A program made the position numbers and the translations under genes. From positions 1 through 24,000 of the forward strand of contig CAZMCE010000009.1 of NCBI GenBank assembly GCA_964564855.1: 24,000 nucleotides of DNA. The letters run 5' to 3'. Source of the DNA: an uncultured Thermosphaera sp. GTDB taxonomy: Archaea > Thermoproteota > Thermoprotei_A > Sulfolobales > Desulfurococcaceae. Positions 7,809-15,206 of the stretch are shown here, one piece after another. The notes below the pieces were generated by a model. That model was not told the origin of the DNA. It ran no database searches and saw only the letters and a list, made by a program, of their open reading frames with translations. Numbering within the stretch: position 1 is the first letter of the stretch; each line of letters starts with the position of its first letter.

Positions 7809-8885
7809 GTGTGTGAATTGGTTAAGACAATATTCTTAATTGGCGAGAGGGGAAAAACCGTCTTAATTTACGGCTTATTGAGAAAATTCTCGAGCGAAGG
7901 ACTTAGAGTAGGATACTTCAAACCTATTTCAAAAGCTAGATACAGACTTCCCTCAATGACATCATACGTAGATCCAGATGTCATTACGTTAAAGCAGGCT
8001 CTAAATTTAGAGGACAACCTCGAAGACATGAATCCAATCACAATTACTAGGAGCATCTTGAACTTTAAAAATAATGTAGAATCATTAAAAAAGAGAATTG
8101 AAGAAGCTTATAGTAGAATTGCTAGCGGAAAAGATGTGATCTTAGCTGAGAGCTATCCAAACCTAGAAATAATGACATCTATTGGCTTCTCACTACCTCA
8201 ACTCACTAAAATGCTTAATGCTAAGACAGTGTTTGTGTTAAGTATAAAGGAGAGAGATGTTGTTGATGAAGTAGTAGATAAGCTTGTATTGTATAACTGC
8301 TATTTTGAGTATCATGGGGCTAAAATAGATGGTGTGATAGTAAACAATGTACCTATTTACTACAGTGAGAGAGTAGAGGACGTTATCGTACCTGAAATAG
8401 GAAGACTAGGGTTTAAAGTATACGGTGTTATAAAGGAAAGATCGAGATTAACAGCGCCTACAGTTAGCGATATCGTTGAGGCTCTAAACGCAGAGATACT
8501 TGAGAATAGAGATAAATTAAACAATATTGTAGAAGATATACTAGTCGGTGCAATGGCTCCTACAGCTGCTTTGAGATGGCTTAGAAGAGCTGTTAACGCA
8601 GCCATTATTACAGGGGGTGATAGGGCGGATTTAATAATAACTGCACTGGAAACTAAGCCGAGTGTAATTATACTCACAGGAGGCCTCTATCCAGATATAG
8701 GTGTACTAGTAAAAGCACGTGAAACTGGGACACCAATACTCCTAGTCCCCTATGACACGTATACTACAGTTGAAAAACTCAGAGAAGTACAGTTTATTGT
8801 AACACCTAGCTCCTTGAAGGCAAAAGAGAGCGAAATTCTCGAGGTTATTGAGAGAGAGGTTATGTGGAAAGAGCTTTTACAATAA
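7809..8885 (+). CDS. Stand-alone phosphotransacetylase N-terminal-like protein (BioD-like P-loop domain + DRTGG domain), no catalytic PTA domain
   Basis: 358-aa ORF starting 5 nt after the acd stop. It is collinear with the N-terminal ~350 aa of long (E. coli-type) Pta: GLRVGYFKPI vs GVRLSVFKPI, LNAKTVFVL vs LNAEIVFVM, GVIVNNV vs GVIVNKL, GDRADL..ILTGG vs ADRPDV..LLTGG. The Walker A is degenerate (GERGKT). An alternative start is TTG at 7818, after AGGGTG. Confidence 0.75.
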   Translation: MCELVKTIFLIGERGKTVLIYGLLRKFSSEGLRVGYFKPISKARYRLPSMTSYVDPDVITLKQALNLEDNLEDMNPITITRSILNFKNNVESLKKRIEEAYSRIASGKDVILAESYPNLEIMTSIGFSLPQLTKMLNAKTVFVLSIKERDVVDEVVDKLVLYNCYFEYHGAKIDGVIVNNVPIYYSERVEDVIVPEIGRLGFKVYGVIKERSRLTAPTVSDIVEALNAEILENRDKLNNIVEDILVGAMAPTAALRWLRRAVNAAIITGGDRADLIITALETKPSVIILTGGLYPDIGVLVKARETGTPILLVPYDTYTTVEKLREVQFIVTPSSLKAKESEILEVIEREVMWKELLQ

Positions 8886-8931
8886 TTTTTAAACTTCACA
8901 CTCACATTAAAAGCTTTTAACTACTATGATC
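8886..8931. terminator. Convergent intergenic region with oligo-T tracts on both strands
   Basis: T5 (8886-8890) follows the plus-strand TAA immediately. A T4 tract on the minus strand (GCTTTTAAT) follows the DUF3786 stop. Archaeal terminators are oligo-T tracts. No experimental support. Confidence 0.3.
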
Positions 8932-9609
8932 TTACTCTGCACATATATAGCCGTAGCCTCCAAAACCTCCATATGTAATTTCGATTTTAGATACATCTAG
9001 TTTCAGGTCCTTAGCAAGCTTTAATATAAGCCTTGCCGTTAAAGCGCGAGCTAATCCAAGTGCAGCTTCACACACAGCTGAGGGCTCTCCTGTTAAGTAG
9101 TGTGGGGCTGACTTATCAAATAATATTTCACTTGATGGAGGCAATTCCTCCTCCCCAGCCCACACAGTTAAAATAATTGGAACACGTGGTAATGCATATA
9201 CTTTTATACTGGCGTCTCCAAGATCTATTGGCTTATAATTAAATGGCTCTGCAACTCTATATAATAATTGAGGATCTCTTCCAAAAATCTTCTCGATAAT
9301 AGCGATGTTTGCTCTTAGATTTGGGCAGTGAATAAAAGGACATAAATGCCTAGATAATGAAATAAGCTCACCACTCTCTCCAATATCTTCTCTTGTCTCA
9401 CTGTAGAGTGAGAGAATGAAATATACACCACTAGCTTCTTTTCTCGTTAAATATCTCTCTAGGACATTATCATATATAGCTCCAGTCTCAAGATCTAATG
9501 TGAGTCCGAAAAAACTCAACTTATCTCTCTTCTCAAAACCTAATCTTCCAGGTAGCGTTTTTATTTTATCTCTTACTCTCTCCCAAGAGTAAAGATCCCA
9601 GAAAGACAA
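8932..9609 (-). CDS. DUF3786 family protein (uncharacterised, Wood-Ljungdahl/corrinoid-associated)
   Basis: 225-aa ORF with a TTG start preceded by GAGGGGTG. The C-terminal block YALPRVPIILTVWAGEEELPPSSEILFDKSAPHYL matches the DUF3786 signature as I remember it (LPRVP..LW.GDEEFP...ILFD.SA..YL). Cysteines occur at HLCPFIHCP and the C-terminal YICAE. Confidence 0.65.
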   Translation of the reverse strand: MSFWDLYSWERVRDKIKTLPGRLGFEKRDKLSFFGLTLDLETGAIYDNVLERYLTRKEASGVYFILSLYSETREDIGESGELISLSRHLCPFIHCPNLRANIAIIEKIFGRDPQLLYRVAEPFNYKPIDLGDASIKVYALPRVPIILTVWAGEEELPPSSEILFDKSAPHYLTGEPSAVCEAALGLARALTARLILKLAKDLKLDVSKIEITYGGFGGYGYICAE

Positions 9610-9672
9610 GTCACACCCCTCTATTAGTTTAAGGGTTTTTAACTTTAATAATTTTCGTACTGTAGTGTTATG

Positions 9673-10458
9673 TTAAATGAGATTAATGTTTTTTGCTATT
9701 TGATATGCTGCTTTTAAAGCCTCGGAATTACTTGGAAGACTTAGTAGTGGTGTTCCGGCAGCTGCGTATTCAGCTATATTTTTATCCTCGGGTATTGTCC
9801 CAGCATATTTTAAGTTGTTCTGAGAAGCCCACTCAACTATAGCTTCTTCACGCTTACTCGAAAGCCTATTTCCCACAACATATATCTCTTCGATTTTTAA
9901 GTCTACTTCCTTAATAATATCATTTATCTTCTCAGCTGTCTTTAAGCTCATAAAGGAGTTGTCAACTACTATGATGAATATATTTACATGTCTATCTAGT
10001 CTCCTGTTTAGGTGCTCTAAGCCGGCCTCCATATCCATTAAGACAACACTATAGTGTTGAACTAGTTTGCCGAGGATCCCTGAGAGAACAGAGTTAACGT
10101 AGCAGTAACACCCCTCGCCCTCACCCCTACCCATAGCTATAAAGTCAAATCTATCCATCTCAACAATACAGTCTCTCATAATGTAATACTCTAGGAGAGA
10201 GCTTTTCTCGAAGCCGAAACTATTAAGTCTCTGAAATCCTCTTCTAAACTCCTCAGCAACGTCACCAATAGTCTTATTAATACTTACTCCTAGAATTTGT
10301 GGTAGGTTAGTAGCGGGATCTGCGTCTACAACTAAGATCTCGTCACTAGTAGACTCTTCTAGTAGAACTCTGAGTAGTAACGCTGTAAGTACAGTTTTAC
10401 CTGTACCACCTTTCCCGGATATTGAGGCGTAAAATGGTCTCTTAGGCACACTACGCAC
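9673..10458 (-). CDS. cooC: CooC/AcsF-family Ni-insertion ATPase (MinD/ParA fold), copy 1
   Basis: 261-aa ORF with deviant Walker A SGKGGTGKT, VVDADP and the CooC-type CxC metal motif (EGCYCYV). It starts 4 nt after the stop of the RACo paralogue. Confidence 0.85.
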   Translation of the reverse strand: MRSVPKRPFYASISGKGGTGKTVLTALLLRVLLEESTSDEILVVDADPATNLPQILGVSINKTIGDVAEEFRRGFQRLNSFGFEKSSLLEYYIMRDCIVEMDRFDFIAMGRGEGEGCYCYVNSVLSGILGKLVQHYSVVLMDMEAGLEHLNRRLDRHVNIFIIVVDNSFMSLKTAEKINDIIKEVDLKIEEIYVVGNRLSSKREEAIVEWASQNNLKYAGTIPEDKNIAEYAAAGTPLLSLPSNSEALKAAYQIAKNINLI

Positions 10459-10462
10459 CTAA

Positions 10463-12343
10463 TTAGCTAAGCGGTTTCCACGGCTTTATACCTCTACTAG
10501 CATCTCTCCACGTTGGAAATAGCTCTTTCTTCCCGGGAAGCATAAAGCCTGCTTGGTATTCCTCCATGAAGTCAGGGTCTAGTAGTAGCTCGATAGGTGC
10601 GAGTAGCTTAGCAACTCTCTCAGCTTCAGCTCTGTAGTCTTCTGATAGGAGTGTGAGTATAGCTCCGCCTAGTGAGCCGTTACCTATGTATTCTACTCTA
10701 GCACTAGTAAACTCAGGAATCATACCTATAGTCATAGCGCTGTTTAAGTTGAGATAATTTCCAAATGCTCCACACACATAGACTCTCTTAATATCATTTA
10801 CTGTTAGAAGCATTTTCTTCATGAGCACTGATACAGCACTACAAACAGAGGACTTTGAGTCTATGATGTTGTACAAATCCTCCTCAGTGACAATGATGTC
10901 TCTACCAATAGCAGATTCTTCAGCTGGTACTACAACGTACTCGTAGCCTTTCTCTCCTCTCCTAATATAGGGGCAGCCACAGTCTTTATAGAATTTCCCA
11001 AACAAGTCTACTAAGCCGCTGACAAAGAGCTGGGCTAAGAGATCTATATAGCCAGAACCACATATACCAATAGGCTTAGCGTTATCTACAGTTTTATATA
11101 TTGCTCTACAAGTTTTAGAGTCTATTATAGCGCTCTCAATAGCGCCTGCAACAGCTCTAACTCCATGTGTTAAACCCCAGCCTTCAAAAGCCGGTCCTGC
11201 AGGTGCTGTTGTACCCAAAAACCAGTCTCTACAGCCAATTACAACCTCGGTATTTGTGCCAATATCTATGAGTAGTGCTGGCTCAGGAGAGAAGTTAAGC
11301 CCAGCTGTTATTATATCTCCTATTACATCACCACCTAGAAATCTGCCAGCACAGGGAAGCACATACACGTCAGCATTCCTGTTCACATCAACCCCTACAT
11401 CTCTAGCCTCTAACCAATATGGAGTTCTAGGTAAATCTACTCTCTCCTTAAAGGACTTTATTAGCGGGTAGGGGTCAAGACCTACGAAGAGGTATGTCAT
11501 GACAGTGTTACCGGCAACTGTAACCATATATATGTCTTCTCTAGATATCTTATGTCTCTTACATAGTGTTTCAATAACAGTGTTTATTGTCTCTACAGCA
11601 GCTCTCTGAATTTCTTTCAGCCCATCTCTCCTATCTAGCGCAAATCTAATCCTAGAAACGATGTCTTCACCGTAAACTAGTTGTTTATTAAACTCAGAAG
11701 CAGTATCTAAAACTCTGCCTTCAACAATATTAACTAGAGCTGCAGCAACCTTTGTTGTCCCAATATCCACTGCTAAGCCGTAAAGTCCTTTTTCGCTCTC
11801 ACTCACATCAATAATTCTCTTTTTAACATCATTTAACACTACTAAAATTCTCTGCACCCTCCTACGCTCAATTTCAGAGAATTTTTCTAGAACACTCGAG
11901 CCGAGACTATACGCTAACAGAGTAGTAGAAAAATCGCGTGGAGTGAGCACTATTTGCCTAATTAGAGGTTTAGGCTTAACACTCGGCAATAATACAGATG
12001 ACTGTAATTTAGGTTTTCCCATCTGGCTCTCAATAGGGATCTCTACTTCGATGTTTTCTACAATTTTAGCTAGACAAGCTAGTACATAGCCCTTCTCAGC
12101 TTCTTCACGTTTTAACAGATCACTTCTCCTAGTTTCAACTCTACCTTTCCTCACAACAACTTTACACTTCCCACATAGCCCTTTACCTCCACATACACTC
12201 CTAATTCCTATACCAGCTCTAAGCGCTGCCTCAAGAATTGTACTGCCTTTAACTACCTTAACAGCAATATTGTGAGGTAAAAAATGCACAAAACACTCTG
12301 TATTCTCTCTAATCGTGGTGATACACCCCATAAATGCTTTCAA
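10463..12343 (-). CDS. RACo-like reductive activator of corrinoid/Fe-S protein, paralogue 2, in the cdh cluster
   Basis: 626-aa ORF with 2Fe-2S motif CGGKGLCGKCKV..LAC and ASKHA motifs AVDIGTTK, AGNTVMTYL, IDIGTNTE, APAGPAFEG and ICGSGYID. By eye it shares roughly one third of its residues with paralogue 1. The start is uncertain: TTG 12343, ATG 12331, or GTG 12289, which aligns with the start of paralogue 1. Confidence 0.85.
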   Translation of the reverse strand: MKAFMGCITTIRENTECFVHFLPHNIAVKVVKGSTILEAALRAGIGIRSVCGGKGLCGKCKVVVRKGRVETRRSDLLKREEAEKGYVLACLAKIVENIEVEIPIESQMGKPKLQSSVLLPSVKPKPLIRQIVLTPRDFSTTLLAYSLGSSVLEKFSEIERRRVQRILVVLNDVKKRIIDVSESEKGLYGLAVDIGTTKVAAALVNIVEGRVLDTASEFNKQLVYGEDIVSRIRFALDRRDGLKEIQRAAVETINTVIETLCKRHKISREDIYMVTVAGNTVMTYLFVGLDPYPLIKSFKERVDLPRTPYWLEARDVGVDVNRNADVYVLPCAGRFLGGDVIGDIITAGLNFSPEPALLIDIGTNTEVVIGCRDWFLGTTAPAGPAFEGWGLTHGVRAVAGAIESAIIDSKTCRAIYKTVDNAKPIGICGSGYIDLLAQLFVSGLVDLFGKFYKDCGCPYIRRGEKGYEYVVVPAEESAIGRDIIVTEEDLYNIIDSKSSVCSAVSVLMKKMLLTVNDIKRVYVCGAFGNYLNLNSAMTIGMIPEFTSARVEYIGNGSLGGAILTLLSEDYRAEAERVAKLLAPIELLLDPDFMEEYQAGFMLPGKKELFPTWRDASRGIKPWKPLS

Positions 12344-12357
12344 TTCTCACAATAACT

Positions 12358-12363
12358 AAAAAA
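12358..12363 (-). terminator. T6 tract downstream of cdhE (possible operon end)
   Basis: The minus strand reads TCTTTTTTAG about 80 nt after the cdhE stop, inside the only sizeable gap (100 bp) in the cdh supercluster. A TATA-like CTTTACAATAAT lies upstream of it. It could instead be 5' UTR of the RACo gene. Confidence 0.25.
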
Positions 12364-12443
12364 GACCATACCGATATGTTAAGGTAGTAAAAGTTGATTA
12401 CTCGGAGGGATTATTGTAAAGAGCTGTGAAGAGTTAATGAGTT

Positions 12444-13892
12444 TTATATTCCCTCCATGAGCTCTCTGATCTTTTCTGGAGTCCAGCTCTTCTCTAGCCA
12501 CTTCCCGATTTCTGAGGAGTCCATGGGTCCTACTAGAACTCTCCACTTAGAGGCATCTTCTATTTCTCCAGAAACCCTGGCTGCTTTGCCAGGTATTATT
12601 AGAACTCTGTGTTTTACTTTATTTTCAAGCCCTGTAGTCTTAATAGCCTCAGCGACTCTATCTCCCGTGAGCTTTCTACCTGCTACACTGACATCTACAG
12701 CTAAGCCCTCAGTATCTACGACTAGTAACCACGCATTTACCTTGGCTTTCTCAGCATCACTTAAGACAACAGAGTATGTTAATGCATAATTTGTAGTTAC
12801 GAGAACGGGGCTCATCTCGTCGGGTTTTCCGATCTCTCTTAGACCTGGCGGTACAGAGACCGGTTTTCTAGGGTCTGTATACAGTTGAAATCTCCACATT
12901 ACTTGGGGTAGTAAGACCCATCCATCTAGAGAGTGCATAATAATTAAGTCTGCATAGCGAGTCATGAGAATTGTTGCAAGTATAGCCTCCCACCACATAA
13001 TGTCCTTTGGATCTCCTGTTATCTGCGTCCACACAGAAATAGGTGTGGCTACTAGTGGGTACTTAGCGTACTTCCAGAGATCATATGTAGCCTTGTATCT
13101 CAACCACGAATACGCCTTAATAGTATATGAGAGGCCTCCAGACCCTACAAAGCATCCAGGATCCAATGCTAGGTCTTTTAAGCCCATATCTTCTGACAAC
13201 GTTTTTGCCAGCGAAATGAGTGTGTCAAGATCGCCTGGACATGCAATAACTAGGGGCACATCAAATTTCCTCGCAACCTCAGCCATTTCTCTCCAGTTTT
13301 CTTTAGTAGCAGCGTAGATTAGAGGTCTGTGGTGAGGTGGGCTTAGAACATCTAGAGCAGCCTCTATTACTGCGGTGTTTGTTGAGCAGAGAATTAGTGG
13401 TAGAGTTGTGTTTTCGACTACAGTATAAACAGTCTTTGCGTATTTTTCAGGATTATTTGTCACAGACCTAACGGCAACAGCATCTAGTTTGAGTTTTTGA
13501 CCCACATATTCGTATTCAAAACTCTCTATCATTTTAACTCTCTTGACAATGACATCTCTCTCCATAGAGTCGTCTACATCGATCGCTATTGCTGTTGGAT
13601 TGTGATATCTCAACTCGTGCCTGAAGAGGACGTATTTGCCGCCGATCTTGACAACTCTCTTAGGACTTTTCAACATCACCTCTTTTACAGGAGGTAAGAG
13701 GAGTTCTCTTAACTTCTCAACGCTCTCCCTATATTTCTCCTCCTCAATTAGCGGAGGGCAATCTTCTACTCGAGCTTCTAGAGCTGCGAGACGCACTGCA
13801 AATGCCATACAATTAGCTTCTCCACACTTCCCGCAGTTTGTTTTCGGCAAGAGCTGGTATATCTCAATCGGTGTTGGAGGCTTCCAGGGCAT
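12444..13892 (-). CDS. cdhE: Acetyl-CoA decarbonylase/synthase gamma subunit (large corrinoid/Fe-S subunit, AcsC homologue)
   Basis: 482-aa ORF with an N-terminal [4Fe-4S] motif (CGKCGEANCMAFA...DCP) followed by a TIM-barrel-like body. Its ATG directly abuts the cdhD stop (TAAATG). Its position after cdhD matches the cdhABCDE order. Confidence 0.92.
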   Translation of the reverse strand: MPWKPPTPIEIYQLLPKTNCGKCGEANCMAFAVRLAALEARVEDCPPLIEEEKYRESVEKLRELLLPPVKEVMLKSPKRVVKIGGKYVLFRHELRYHNPTAIAIDVDDSMERDVIVKRVKMIESFEYEYVGQKLKLDAVAVRSVTNNPEKYAKTVYTVVENTTLPLILCSTNTAVIEAALDVLSPPHHRPLIYAATKENWREMAEVARKFDVPLVIACPGDLDTLISLAKTLSEDMGLKDLALDPGCFVGSGGLSYTIKAYSWLRYKATYDLWKYAKYPLVATPISVWTQITGDPKDIMWWEAILATILMTRYADLIIMHSLDGWVLLPQVMWRFQLYTDPRKPVSVPPGLREIGKPDEMSPVLVTTNYALTYSVVLSDAEKAKVNAWLLVVDTEGLAVDVSVAGRKLTGDRVAEAIKTTGLENKVKHRVLIIPGKAARVSGEIEDASKWRVLVGPMDSSEIGKWLEKSWTPEKIRELMEGI

Positions 13893-15206
13893 TTAAAACA
13901 CCGGTAGACTTCTCGATAACCAATCTAGAGCTTTTTCAGGATCCTTAGGTTTAGGCTCGCTAAATAAGTACTCTCTAATAGCCTTCATAGTCTTAACAGT
14001 TAGTGGGTGTACTAGCATGTAATAGTCAGCCCCTGTTAGTAGACATATGAGGCTAGTAAGTGTCTCCCAGAGGGGCCCTCTAATTTCCTTGGGGCCCCAG
14101 TATGGGTCCATTGTAATCCACGCCTCTCTAGCACCCCAGGCGTTGGCAGCTCCCACGTTAAATGGGTGTTGTAGCAGCTCATTACCTATTAGCGCAGACA
14201 ACCTAGCTCTCTCCATAGTTGTGAAGCCGTATTCAGTGCCATAGCCTATACCACCAATATTCAGATCTAGCATTATTCTATTTCTCGGTATCCACTCATA
14301 GACTTTCCTATTTATTTGCTCAGCCTTGTCGAGATCCATTGGTGAGAAGTCTATAACAATAGCATTTGTCTTAGCTATGTACGGGCATATATCCTCGAGC
14401 TTCATATCTAGGTTTAAACTGTTAATTACAAGTCCCTCTGAGGGAAACGCCTCAACAACTCTTCTAAAAACTATAATGTCTTTTTCAGGGTTTCCAGAAC
14501 CACCCACAACTATAGGCACTTTAACTGCCTGAAGAATTAGATCAACGGTCTTCACAGCCTCTTCTGGAGAAGCATCTCTAATTGTGGGATCTGTACTCAC
14601 TAGGTGTATGTCTATGGCTTCAGCTCCGTACTTCTCAACCCAAATTCTAGCCCACTCAGCTGGGTTATCGAGAGCGTCTCCAAACGCGAGCTTTACAGCT
14701 CTTGGTAAGCCTATTTTCATGTCAAAGACGTCTCCACCAAATGCCGGTGGGTGTGGAGGCTTATATCCTGATAAATAGTAGTATGCTGGCATTGTATGAC
14801 CTCCTACCACGATAACACTATCTCTACTCCCACCCTCTCTTCTAGAAGCTCCGAGTTTCACCTCGAGCACCCTGCCACTGAACTGGGGTCTTGGTTCTTC
14901 AAAAGCTATTCTAGCTAGCTCAACAACTCTCTTAGCTATGACTTCAACAGCCTTTGCGACCTCGTAAGCTGCTTTAACCTCAGGTTTAGCTTCTGCAACT
15001 GCTTGAGGTGGTGTGACAACAACCGGTACTGGTAGTTGCTGAGGTGTGAGCCTTATCTCGAGCTCTTCAGCATTTATCTCGACATTATATAGCTCTATAA
15101 CACCCTTTTCTAAAGCCTCTGCAATCCTAGCGAGTAAGCTGTATATAGCTGATTCTTGCTTAGCTTTTATCTCATCTTTATCTCTCTTAGAATTCTTCTC
15201 ACTCAC
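13893..15206 (-). CDS. cdhD: Acetyl-CoA decarbonylase/synthase delta subunit (small corrinoid subunit, AcsD homologue)
   Basis: 437-aa ORF, collinear with my recollection of Methanosarcina CdhD. Shared blocks: DVFDMKIGL, IHLVSTDP, VPIVVGGSGNPEKD, NAWGAREAW and MLVHP. The GTG start overlaps the cdhC stop (GTGA) and is preceded by GGTGAG. Confidence 0.92.
   Translation of the reverse strand: MSEKNSKRDKDEIKAKQESAIYSLLARIAEALEKGVIELYNVEINAEELEIRLTPQQLPVPVVVTPPQAVAEAKPEVKAAYEVAKAVEVIAKRVVELARIAFEEPRPQFSGRVLEVKLGASRREGGSRDSVIVVGGHTMPAYYYLSGYKPPHPPAFGGDVFDMKIGLPRAVKLAFGDALDNPAEWARIWVEKYGAEAIDIHLVSTDPTIRDASPEEAVKTVDLILQAVKVPIVVGGSGNPEKDIIVFRRVVEAFPSEGLVINSLNLDMKLEDICPYIAKTNAIVIDFSPMDLDKAEQINRKVYEWIPRNRIMLDLNIGGIGYGTEYGFTTMERARLSALIGNELLQHPFNVGAANAWGAREAWITMDPYWGPKEIRGPLWETLTSLICLLTGADYYMLVHPLTVKTMKAIREYLFSEPKPKDPEKALDWLSRSLPVF

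Noticed and set aside
12289-12343. Possible N-terminal extension (MKAFMGCITTIRENTECF) with two extra cysteines on RACo paralogue 2
   Set aside because: Alignment with paralogue 1 starts at VHFLPHN (GTG 12289). The extension may simply reflect the ORF caller choosing the longest start, and nothing in the sequence shows that it is translated.
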